Positions 27,845-37,300 of a stretch of 58,306 nt of DNA are shown here, one piece after another. The notes beneath the pieces are model-generated. The model ran no database searches and was not told where the DNA came from. It was given only the letters and a program-made list of their open reading frames with translations. Each line of letters opens with the position of its first letter. Within the stretch, counting starts at the first letter, position 1. Source of the stretch: Candidatus Hadarchaeum sp. GTDB lineage: Archaea > Hadarchaeota > Hadarchaeia > Hadarchaeales > Hadarchaeaceae. The translations under genes were made by a program, and so were the position numbers. The stretch lies in the NCBI GenBank assembly GCA_020725055.1, contig DYFS01000003.1, forward strand, positions 1 through 58,306. Reading direction: 5' to 3'.

Positions 27845-30595
27845 ATGAAAGACATTTACGAGGCCGAGATTTTCAAGAAGCGTGGTTTCTACACAAAGCG
27901 TTGCGTGAGCTGTGACCGTGTCTTTCGAACGCTTGATCCCGACCGCAGGACTTGTGGCGACACCCCCTGTGACGAGTACACCTTCATAGGCAGACCCGCA
28001 ACCAAAAAGCGCTACACGCTACCGCAGATGGAAAAAGCATTTTTAAGGTTTTTTGAGCGCCGCGGACATTCCGTGATCAAACGGTACCCGGTAGTTGCCC
28101 GCTGGCGTGATGACATCTTTCTAACAATCGCCTCGATCGCCGATTTCCAGCCATGGGTGACCAGCGGTCTGGTGCCGCCGCCAGCAAACCCGCTAGTTAT
28201 CAGCCAGCCGAGCATCCGCCTGAACGACATCGACAACGTCGGGCGCTCGGGGCGACATTTCACCCTCTTTTCCATGGGCGGTCACCACGCGTTCAACTCC
28301 CGCAGGCAGCGCGTTTATTGGGTGGATGAAACGGTCGAGTTCTGTCACGAGTTCCTGACGCGCGAGCTCGGCATCAAGCCGGAGGAGGTCACCTACATCC
28401 AGGATTTCTGGGAGGGCGGGGGTAATGCTGGCGAGGACTTCGAGGTGAACGTCCGCGGCATCGAGCTCGCTACCCTCGTTTTCATGCGCTACTCGAAGGG
28501 GGATGGCAAATATGTGCCACTTCATTTGAACATCGTCGACACGGGCTACGGACTCGAGCGCTTGGCGTGGATCTCGCAGGGCACGACTTCGGCGTACGAA
28601 GCGGTCTTCGGCGAGGTTGTAGCCAAGTTGCGCGAGCTTACAGGGGTCGAACAGCCCCAGGCTGAGGTGCTTCGCGAGAATTCAAGGCTAGCGGGCATGA
28701 TGGACATCGAAACTGGCCGCGACCTGCTGGCGCTCCGGGACAAGGTTGCGGCTCGCACGGGGATGAGCATCGACGAGCTCAACCGCGTGCTCGCGCCGCT
28801 CGAGGCGATTTACGCGGTTGCCGACCACCTGCGCTGCTTGGCGTTCATGTTCGGCGATGGGATAACCCCGAGCAACGTCAAGGAGGGCTACCTGGCGAGG
28901 CTCGTGCTGCGCCGCACGTTAAGGCTGATGCGCGAGCTGAAGCTGGAGAAACCCCTAAGCGAGCTCATGGGCTTGGAGCTCAAGTACCTGCGCGACCAAT
29001 TCCCGGAGCTTTGGGAGAGGAGGGATTACATCTCGGAGGTTATCGGGCTGGAGGAAGAGCGCTACCGCGATACCATCACGCGGGGGGGCCAGCTCGTCGA
29101 ACGCGTGGCAGCGGGGCTCCGCCAAGAGGGCGAACGGGTCCTACCGACTGGCAAACTCATCGAGCTCTACGACAGCCACGGCCTTCCACCAGAGGTCGTG
29201 AAGGAGGTCGCGACGAAGGCCGGCGTGAACGTGGAGGTGCCCGAGGACTTCTACATCCGAGTCGCGAAACTCCACAGCCAGGCCAAGCGCTTGCCAGCTG
29301 CCGCGATCGCCCTGCCGAGAGCGAGGCTCGAGCGCCTGCAGAAAACAAAACAGCTTTACTACGAGTTACCCTATACCCGGGAGTTCGCCGCCAGGGTGCT
29401 CGCGAGCTTCGATGGCTTCGTCGTGCTGGATCAGACCGCCTTTTACCCTGAGGGGGGCGGGCAGCCGAGCGACGTCGGCACGCTCATCAGCCCGAAGGGA
29501 AAGGCGAACGTGCTCGACGTTCAAAAGGTCGATGGTGTGGTGGTTCACCGGGTCAAGCCAAACCCCTTCAAGGTTGGACAAAAAGTCCACGGCAAGCTCG
29601 ACTGGCTGAGGCGGGTGTCGCTCATGCGCCACCACACCGCCACCCACATCATCCTCGGAGCCGCGCGCAAAGTACTCGGAAATCACGTGTGGCAGGCTGG
29701 GGCGCAGAAGGGGGTTGAGTCAACACGCCTTGACCTATCACACTTCAAGCGCATCTCGCAGGAGGAGCTCCAGGAAATCGAGCGCCTGACGAACCGCGTG
29801 GTGATGGGGGGCTGCGCGGTAAAAACAGGCTGGATGGACCGCAACGAGGCGGAGCGGCAGTATGGATTCGACCTCTACCAAGGTGGCGTGGTGCCCGGCA
29901 AGCAAATCCGGGTCGTCGAGGTGGAGGGGTGGAACACACAGGCCTGCGCTGGCACCCACTGCGCGCGAACGGGCGAGGTTGGACCAATCAAGCTCATCCG
30001 CGCCGAGCGCATCCAGGACGGGGTCGAGCGGCTCGAGTTTGCTGCAGGTGAGGCGGCAGTCAAATTCGTACAGGGGCGTGAACGGCAGCTCCTTGGGGCG
30101 GCGGAGATCCTCCTCACGGAGCCAGAGCGGGTGGCTGCAGCAACCCGGCAGCTCTTCGAGCGGTGGAGGGCGGCGAAAAAGGAGCTTGAGAGGGCGCGGG
30201 AGCAGGCTGCGGAGCTGCGCTTGACCGACCTGCGCACGAAAGCTGTTCAAGTTGGCGCGCTTCGAGTCATTTGCGAGGTTATCGAGGGGGCTAGCGTTGA
30301 CGAGCTTATCAAGGTGGCGGGCGCTCTGATTAGGGCCGACAAGAGCATGGTCGCAGTCCTTGGAACCAAGGATGGAACCGCTCAGATCGTGGCCATGGCA
30401 GGTGATGAGGCGGTACGGGCTGGGGCCGATTGTGGGAAGATTGCAGAGGTCTCGGCAAACGTGCTCGGCGGAGGTGGAGGCGGCAGGCCGGGGCTTGGGC
30501 AGGGTGGCGGTCCTGGGATCAACAAATTGGAAGAAGCTCTGGAGATGGCCAAGAAGATTTGCGAGCAGTCACAACAGTTGCGAGCGGGCGGTTGA
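27845..30595 (+). CDS. alaS: Alanine--tRNA ligase (archaeal type)
   Basis: Archaeal AlaRS catalytic core, editing-domain motif HHTATH...H, and a C-terminal DHHA1-like region with a GGGGG loop. The ATG at 27845 is preferred over the TTG at 27833. Confidence 0.95.
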   Translation: MKDIYEAEIFKKRGFYTKRCVSCDRVFRTLDPDRRTCGDTPCDEYTFIGRPATKKRYTLPQMEKAFLRFFERRGHSVIKRYPVVARWRDDIFLTIASIADFQPWVTSGLVPPPANPLVISQPSIRLNDIDNVGRSGRHFTLFSMGGHHAFNSRRQRVYWVDETVEFCHEFLTRELGIKPEEVTYIQDFWEGGGNAGEDFEVNVRGIELATLVFMRYSKGDGKYVPLHLNIVDTGYGLERLAWISQGTTSAYEAVFGEVVAKLRELTGVEQPQAEVLRENSRLAGMMDIETGRDLLALRDKVAARTGMSIDELNRVLAPLEAIYAVADHLRCLAFMFGDGITPSNVKEGYLARLVLRRTLRLMRELKLEKPLSELMGLELKYLRDQFPELWERRDYISEVIGLEEERYRDTITRGGQLVERVAAGLRQEGERVLPTGKLIELYDSHGLPPEVVKEVATKAGVNVEVPEDFYIRVAKLHSQAKRLPAAAIALPRARLERLQKTKQLYYELPYTREFAARVLASFDGFVVLDQTAFYPEGGGQPSDVGTLISPKGKANVLDVQKVDGVVVHRVKPNPFKVGQKVHGKLDWLRRVSLMRHHTATHIILGAARKVLGNHVWQAGAQKGVESTRLDLSHFKRISQEELQEIERLTNRVVMGGCAVKTGWMDRNEAERQYGFDLYQGGVVPGKQIRVVEVEGWNTQACAGTHCARTGEVGPIKLIRAERIQDGVERLEFAAGEAAVKFVQGRERQLLGAAEILLTEPERVAAATRQLFERWRAAKKELERAREQAAELRLTDLRTKAVQVGALRVICEVIEGASVDELIKVAGALIRADKSMVAVLGTKDGTAQIVAMAGDEAVRAGADCGKIAEVSANVLGGGGGGRPGLGQGGGPGINKLEEALEMAKKICEQSQQLRAGG

Positions 30596-30616
30596 TGAGA
30601 ACAGGCCAGTGATTCT

Positions 30617-30667
30617 ATGGTTAACTGGCGAGGGATCGACGCCAAGTGGCAGCAGGCGTGGCGGTGA
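30617..30667 (+). pseudogene. Relic of the leuS 5' end (16 codons then TGA)
   Basis: ATG lies 21 nt after the alaS stop and encodes MVNWRGIDAKWQQAWR*. The genuine LeuRS N-terminus at 40919 reads VVNFQELDAKWQQAWRE. A 20-nt identical core, GACGCCAAGTGGCAGCAGGC, occurs at 30638..30657 and 40940..40959. Confidence 0.8.
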
Positions 30668-30693
30668 CGAACATCTCTGCGGTTGGCCCGACC

Positions 30694-31200
30694 ATGACCG
30701 CGGACTTCTGGGTCATAAGGCCTCAGCTTCAGATCACGAAGACCGCCAGCCCCTCCAGCATCTTCGTCGGCGAGAACGCCACAATAACCGTGACCGCCCG
30801 CAACGTGAGGAACACCGCCGCCCTCAATCCTTCTTTGTTCGACAGCCCCCTAGGCGGCCTGACCCTCATCTCAGGCAACCCTGTCATATCCGCGAATTAC
30901 CTCTGGGGTTCAGCCTCGCCCCCAAGCGTGGACATCTACGTCCGCGACACCAACACCTGGATAAATAGCTCAGAGTCCCAGTGGTGCAGTGTCACGCAGA
31001 TCGATGCGAACACTTGGCAGTTCAACTTCGAGGATCTGAAGGGCCAGCCACGCCCCGACTACGACTTCAACCAGCCCCTACTGACGGTTCGCAAGGACGG
31101 CCACTTCTACTCGGTGACCCTCGAGCGCTACGACGGCGACTACCACTCGGACATCTATGTTGGCGATGTTTTGTTCTGGTCTGGCGCAGCAGGAGTTTGA
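30694..31200 (+). CDS. DUF11/CARDB-like beta-sandwich domain protein without signal peptide (possibly a gene fragment)
   Basis: LQITKTASPSSIFVGENATITVTARN resembles the DUF11 conserved repeat domain. No signal peptide or TM helix. The ORF-track start at 30646 lies inside the leuS relic in another frame. Confidence 0.4.
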   Translation: MTADFWVIRPQLQITKTASPSSIFVGENATITVTARNVRNTAALNPSLFDSPLGGLTLISGNPVISANYLWGSASPPSVDIYVRDTNTWINSSESQWCSVTQIDANTWQFNFEDLKGQPRPDYDFNQPLLTVRKDGHFYSVTLERYDGDYHSDIYVGDVLFWSGAAGV

Positions 31201-31288
31201 GAGCAAGGAAAAAACAAGGAGCTGTGTACCTGCTCAAAGGTCGACACGACATCGGTGGGAGCAAATACTAAGGGTTCTCCCCATGCAG

Positions 31289-32638
31289 TCAGAACTCTGG
31301 CGCCCCGGCGCGTGATCGCTTGACTAAAACCGCGATGCCACCCAAGATACTGGCGATGCATAGCAGGATTAAAGGCCATTGAAGCAGCTCTAGGATCCCA
31401 GTTCCCGGAGGGCTTTTCGGTGCACCGAGGGCATAGAACTTTCCCTCCACCGAGCCGAAGTAGACATTACCGTAGGCGATAGCCGGGGTTGAGTCCACAA
31501 TATGATTCGTTTTGAAATGTTGGAGGATTACACCAGTGGAAGAGTCGACCACATATAGTCCATCTCCCCCGACAAGGACTTTGTTGTCTGCGCCCACCGG
31601 CGAGCTGTGGGTTCCCCATTCAAGGTCGGTTTTCCACATCAAGGCCCCATCGGCCATATTTAGAGCGTAAAGAAAATTCCGGCTAGTAAAAAACACTTTG
31701 CCATCCATAACCAATGTGGAGGACACAGACCAGTTCTGGGAATCGTAATACCAGATCAGCCCGCCGTTCTCTGCGCTTAAAGCATAAACCCCATCGCCCG
31801 GCAAGTCACCCATCCACCCTGCGGTTATGTAGACTATGTTGTCTACGACCACAGGTGACGCGCTTATCTCATCACCGATGTGGAACTTCCAGATAAGCGA
31901 GCCGTCATTAGCATTTAACGCGTAAACAAAACCCGTGGTGGTTTCCGGCCATTCTACTCCGGCTCCGGTGCCAAAATAGACAACACCAGCAACAACGGTC
32001 GGGGAACCTATAACATGTCCCATAATCCCATTGCCGTAGCTGTATTCCCAAATCAAATCGCTGTTATCTGCATTTAAACAAAAAAGGTACCCGTTCCAAG
32101 TGCCGATGTAGAGTCGGCTATCAATGATTACTGGGGCGCCATCGACGCCAGCTAGTCCATATCGGCGATAAACATTGAAGCGCCACATCAGCTCACCTGT
32201 TTCTGCATCTAATGCGTATATGTGGTTGTCCCATGAACCGACATAGACGCGGTTGTCGACGATAGTCGGTGATGGATCAAGAAATTGTCCTCCTCCACGA
32301 TTGGTTTTAAATTTCCAAACAAGTTCCCCGTTTTCAGCATTTAGGGCATAGATCCACAACCGTTCATTTTCCCCCTTACCGTAGTTTTCTCGCACCGAGA
32401 AATAGACTTTCCCACGCGCTACTGCAGGGGATGAAAAGATCGAGGCTCCTTGGATTTCGTACTTCCAGATTAGTGTCAGTTCACTTGGTAAGCTTGTACC
32501 CGCAATGCCCGTCCGTCGCCAATCGTGCATGAACGTTGGCCAATCGTCGGTTTGCGCGTTGACGGAAGATTGGGCTGCTAACGACGTACCGACCATCGAT
32601 ATGATGAACAATGCCGCGATGAGCACGATTTTCTTCAT
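31289..32638 (-). CDS. Secreted PQQ-like beta-propeller repeat protein with C-terminal TM anchor
   Basis: Signal peptide MKKIVLIAALFIISMVGTSLAAQS. Repeated SSP.V..G.VY.G...G.LYALNA..G.L.W blades. C-terminal hydrophobic helix followed by KRSR. Confidence 0.8.
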   Translation of the reverse strand: MKKIVLIAALFIISMVGTSLAAQSSVNAQTDDWPTFMHDWRRTGIAGTSLPSELTLIWKYEIQGASIFSSPAVARGKVYFSVRENYGKGENERLWIYALNAENGELVWKFKTNRGGGQFLDPSPTIVDNRVYVGSWDNHIYALDAETGELMWRFNVYRRYGLAGVDGAPVIIDSRLYIGTWNGYLFCLNADNSDLIWEYSYGNGIMGHVIGSPTVVAGVVYFGTGAGVEWPETTTGFVYALNANDGSLIWKFHIGDEISASPVVVDNIVYITAGWMGDLPGDGVYALSAENGGLIWYYDSQNWSVSSTLVMDGKVFFTSRNFLYALNMADGALMWKTDLEWGTHSSPVGADNKVLVGGDGLYVVDSSTGVILQHFKTNHIVDSTPAIAYGNVYFGSVEGKFYALGAPKSPPGTGILELLQWPLILLCIASILGGIAVLVKRSRAGAPEF

Positions 32639-32710
32639 ACGCTTCCCAAATTATCTTCGTCTGAACTAACTTCATCAAAACACTTATTTAAGTAGGGTGG
32701 TCGAAAGTCG

Positions 32711-34375
32711 ATGAGAGGTATTAGCTTGAGACCAATATTTTCACTCCTATTATGTGTCTTGCTGTTCGGCTCGATACTCCCATCTTCTTTAATTGCGGCG
32801 CCCCTGGCGCACGGTACCAGCTCTGGTAAAACTTTGAGTTCTTCCTTAGATGCCCTAGCTGTTAAATCCTCTACGCAGGCAACGAACAACTCGGTTCTCA
32901 TCGCAGATGAAAGCTACCAAACAAACGCGACCTCAAGCGCCGATGCTGGACCTGTAGAAAATGAAATCCTGAGATTTGTCGTTGAAGAGTTGACAAATCC
33001 GCCTGGCGTCGATGCTGCTCTGGGATATCTCAACGAATTCCACACTGCGCTCGAAAAAATCGAGAACTTCCTTAAGGCAGGGAACGAAGACCTGCTTGGA
33101 CCCACGATCGAAGAAGCCAACGCTTCCTTGTCGGCTTTCGAGAACGCCGTACCAGAGATGTTAAAATCGCTCGAGAATGAATTTTCAGGCGAATACGTTG
33201 TAGGGTTCAACACTTGGCTAGAGAACTTCCTCGGTGCGGCAAACGGGCTCCTCGAGTATTTGCAAGGCACGAGCATCGAAGCATCCGAAGCGTTACCCCT
33301 AATCGCCAACGTTCGACAGGTGCTTTTAGAATTGCCAACTGGGGAGCACTCGGTTTACTTCGTGGAGGAGGGCGCATGGTTCGAGGATCCTTATGGCAAC
33401 TGGTTACCAAGGGAAGATACCTATACCTTCGTGACATACCCTCGAGAAAAAGTCGTCTGGAAGTTCAAGATTTTCAACGACGAGCTGCGCTGGCCATTCT
33501 GGGACCCACCCCGGGCAACAATTGACCTCAAAATCACGATGTGGGATTTCTCAACCTCTCGCCCGGATTACCCGACCTGGACCTTCCTGCCTTTTGAGAT
33601 AGGTGCCCGAACCATCCTCACAGTCTATGGAGAGTTTACCGCTCCATTCGAGCCAGCTAACTACGGTTTTCTGATCGAATTTGACTGGCAGTCCACAAGC
33701 GGCGCAAGCGGCAGCGAGGGCTTCGGGATAATTCTGAGGGTCAAGAATAGAAATCCGACAGCTTCACGCCAGCCCGTTCGTCCAGAAAATGGTCCTTGGG
33801 GCACCACATTTAGATTTTGGACTGAATACAGAGATCCAGATGGCCATCCTCCAGCTTACGTCCGAGTCTATATAGACGGATTACCATTTGGCATGATATT
33901 CGTATCCGGCGATTACAAAACTAAGGCGATATACGAATACTGGTGGCAAACGGCTTCTCAGGATATCGGTGCCCACACCTATTACTTTGAGACATGGGAC
34001 GGCTATGGCGAGATATATCGCTCTGCAACGGATTCGGGTCCGTCCGTCACCAAGCGCAACTCGATCCTGAGGTACCCCACCACTTCCCTCACTCGGGAAT
34101 GTAACTTCTTGGGTTGGGGTTGGGGCGGAAGCCTAACCGACTCAGAGACGGGAGAGTACTTAGCCGGACGGACCGTGAAGTTGTACAAATCCGATGGCAC
34201 TTACCTCGCCGCCACGACGACAGATTCCACCTATGGGATGTTCATCTTCGCGGCAAGGGATTACGGGCTGCCGAACCTCGCGCCAGGAACGTATTATTAC
34301 TACGCCGCTTGGGACGGCGACGATTTATATGCGGGCGCGAAATCCGAAACCGTTACACTCATTTTAACGGAATGA
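32711..34375 (+). CDS. Secreted protein (signal peptide; helical N-terminal region; beta-rich and carboxypeptidase-regulatory-like C-terminal region); probably the N-terminal part of the next ORF
   Basis: Signal peptide MRGISLRPIFSLLLCVLLFGSILPSSLIAAPLA. Ends at TGA 34373..34375, in the same frame as the ORF starting at 34379. Confidence 0.75.
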   Translation: MRGISLRPIFSLLLCVLLFGSILPSSLIAAPLAHGTSSGKTLSSSLDALAVKSSTQATNNSVLIADESYQTNATSSADAGPVENEILRFVVEELTNPPGVDAALGYLNEFHTALEKIENFLKAGNEDLLGPTIEEANASLSAFENAVPEMLKSLENEFSGEYVVGFNTWLENFLGAANGLLEYLQGTSIEASEALPLIANVRQVLLELPTGEHSVYFVEEGAWFEDPYGNWLPREDTYTFVTYPREKVVWKFKIFNDELRWPFWDPPRATIDLKITMWDFSTSRPDYPTWTFLPFEIGARTILTVYGEFTAPFEPANYGFLIEFDWQSTSGASGSEGFGIILRVKNRNPTASRQPVRPENGPWGTTFRFWTEYRDPDGHPPAYVRVYIDGLPFGMIFVSGDYKTKAIYEYWWQTASQDIGAHTYYFETWDGYGEIYRSATDSGPSVTKRNSILRYPTTSLTRECNFLGWGWGGSLTDSETGEYLAGRTVKLYKSDGTYLAATTTDSTYGMFIFAARDYGLPNLAPGTYYYYAAWDGDDLYAGAKSETVTLILTE

Positions 34376-34378
34376 TAT

Positions 34379-37300
34379 GTGCCCCCACCACCCCCTCCCC
34401 CACTAGCCGACACGACCGCGCCAACAATCACCGGCTTACAAGCCCAGCCTAGCCCGTTCAACCCAACTCTCCAAAATACCCAAATAAGCTTCACGCTTTC
34501 TGAGCCGGCGAACTACACCATAACGATAAGCGACTTCAACGATATTGTGCGGAGAACCTTCACAGGCTCTGGTACTGGAGAAATAACGTGGAATTGGAAT
34601 GGAACCGACGACTACGGCTTACTGGTCAACGATGGGCCTTACACCATTACCATTAATGCGGAGGATCTAGCTGGCAACGATGCGACACCAGTAACGACAA
34701 ACGTGGTGGTGAACGCCGTGGATTTTCAAATCCAGAGGGGTTTCGATCCAGCGGCGTTTAACCCGAACTTCGAAACCACGACGCTTTGGTATGAACTCTC
34801 CGAGCCTGCCACGGTGACCGTCACCATAACAGACGCCGCGGGAGCCACCGTCAGACACTTGGTTGTTGGACAGGACAGAGGAGGGGGTGCAAACTCCGTG
34901 GTCTGGAACGGCACCAACGATGGCGGTGCTCTCTTGCCAGGCGGAACGTATAGGGGGGTGATAACCGCAACGAGCTTCGCGGGTGAAGCCCCCGACTTCG
35001 TCCCTCCAGCTCCGCCAACGGTAACAATAGATTACGGGCGCCCCGCAATCACGGCTTGGGCGGACGACGACCCGCTCGACCGCACTATGGGTGAGACTAG
35101 CGTTAGCATAACCTACACGATCGCATCACCCACTGGGGCAAACCTGCAGGTCATGATTACGATATTTGATGAAGCTGGAAACGTGGTGAACGAGACTCCA
35201 TGGATCCTCCAGCTCCCTGGTACGTACACATGGACTTGGCTTGGGACGGATGCCGCAGGCAATCCAGTTCCGGATGGGCTGTATCCATACAGAATAAGGG
35301 CGAGAACGCCTCCACCAGCTCCTGTTTGGGCGAACACCAGGTGGGGAACAGTAGTTGTAATTGACACCAATGTTCAAATAACTCAAAGCGCCGATGGAGT
35401 TGTTCAGCTTCTGCACCCTGCGGGCTACAACGTTAACATCGGACCAGCACCAGCTGGTCCGCTCACCGAAGCAGCACGCGCAATACGTGCACAGGGGCTT
35501 GGGTACCTGCACAGCCAAATATACGACATTACCTCAACCCCGAATACTTTTGACCCACCAGCGCTCCTGATGTTCAGCTATGACCCAGCTCTCTACGGGC
35601 CTAGGCTCCAGCTGTACAGGTTCAATCCCGCCGCTAACGCGTGGAATCCCGTCCCGAACCAGTTCGTCGATGTTGTCAACAATAGGATAATCGCCGAGGC
35701 GGTGCAGCTCTCGATATTTGCCATCCTCAGCCTGCCTCCTGACCGGACGCCGCCGGTATCATTTGTCGAAAACATCGAGCCTTATTGGCAAAACGAGTTG
35801 CCTTTCATGATAACCGCCCAAGCAACCGACGATCGAAGTGGCGTGGAGAACGTCGCTCTGTGGTATCGATATAGTGATGATAATGTTGTGTGGGGCCCCT
35901 GGGTCTTGTTTGGTATCGATGATATACCACCGTGGTCGTGGTCCTTCACAGCACCAAACGGCGATGGGCACTATGAGTTTTACACCGTTGGCGTTGACCG
36001 GGGTGGCAATATTGAAAAGGCTCGGGAGAAAGCCGACGCTCGGGCTGGCGTGGATACAACACCACCAGAATCCTCCGTTAATCCCATCTCCCCCCATTGG
36101 CAAAAATCGCTCCCGCTGACCATAACAGCCCAGGCGAGCGATGCGCTGAGCGGCGCCAAGGAGGTCATGCTGTTTTACCGCTACTCAGCCGACAACCTGC
36201 GCTGGAGTGGCTGGAAGCTCTACGGCATCGATGGAGAGGAGCTCTGGAGCTGGGAGGTCATGCCCGAGAACGATGGTTACTATGAGTTCGGCACAATAGC
36301 CATAGACCGAGCCGGAAACGTTGAGCAGCCCATCGTCGAATCGAAAACTCTCACAGGCGCGTTCGTGGGCTGGTACGCTTACAATTTGTGGACCGATTAC
36401 GGCGAGTGGAGCTGGTCCGAGATATCCGGCGAGCACATGTACGGCTACGATGAGGATGGAGCAGATCGTTTAGATGTGCTAGTGTACCCGCCCCCGCTCA
36501 CGTCAGACGAGGAGATGACTGTCTGGGTAGAGGTGAAGATAGATGGACCAGCCGTGGAGTTGGTTGAGGTACCATTACCGTGGGATTCTTTATTGGAAGC
36601 ACGGTTTGGTCCTGTGACGATCAGATCCATTAGACCCGCACAGAAATGGAACGTTTTTGTTGACGAGATTTACGGGACGGCGGAAAACCCGAACGGCGAT
36701 GGCAATGGGAACGGCTGGAACGGAAATGGGTGGAACGGGTGGAACGGGTGGAATGGTAACGGTTGGAATGGTTGGGACGGGTGGGAAGAGGATGAGTGGG
36801 ACATACCTATTGAGCCTGAACCTAGAGAGATCCACAAGAGGTACGAAGGCGCTGTAACAGCAAAAGTCAGGATCGCGTGGCCGGAGGCGACCGCGAGCGC
36901 TGGGGTAGACACGAAGCCACCAGAATCCCTATTAGATCCGATAACCCCCTACTGGAGGAATGCGGGCACGGTTCCGTTTGAGATAACAGCGGTGGCATCC
37001 GATGCCTTCACCGGAGTCGAGAACGTTGAGTTGCTCTACCGCTACTCTCTTGACAACCTGAACTGGTCCGAGTGGAGGGCTTACAGAGTTGACGATGAGG
37101 CACCTTGGTCATGGGAATTTAACGCACCCGAGGGAGACGGCTTTTATGAGTTCGTGAGCATCGCAAGGGATCGCGTGGGCAATGCGGAAAGGATGAAAGG
37201 GGTTGTTTCGTTCATTCATGTGGATGGAACGATCTCCACCATTTCATCCCCGCCAACCACCGAGGGCTGGAGGGGGCTCGCTTGGGATGGAGGTGACAAG

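Noticed and set aside
34373-34375. Genome-wide reassignment of TGA as a sense codon
   Set aside because: Several conserved genes in the window terminate at TGA at the expected protein length (alaS, leuS, secE, gmhA and the SWIM protein). Any recoding would therefore have to be local.
36688-36800. Short tandem DNA repeats (GWN tract and the Q/G/N tail at 40470..40873) as possible CRISPR or satellite arrays
   Set aside because: The units are 6-18 nt with no unique spacers. They lie in frame within a long ORF, so they are coding low-complexity repeats.
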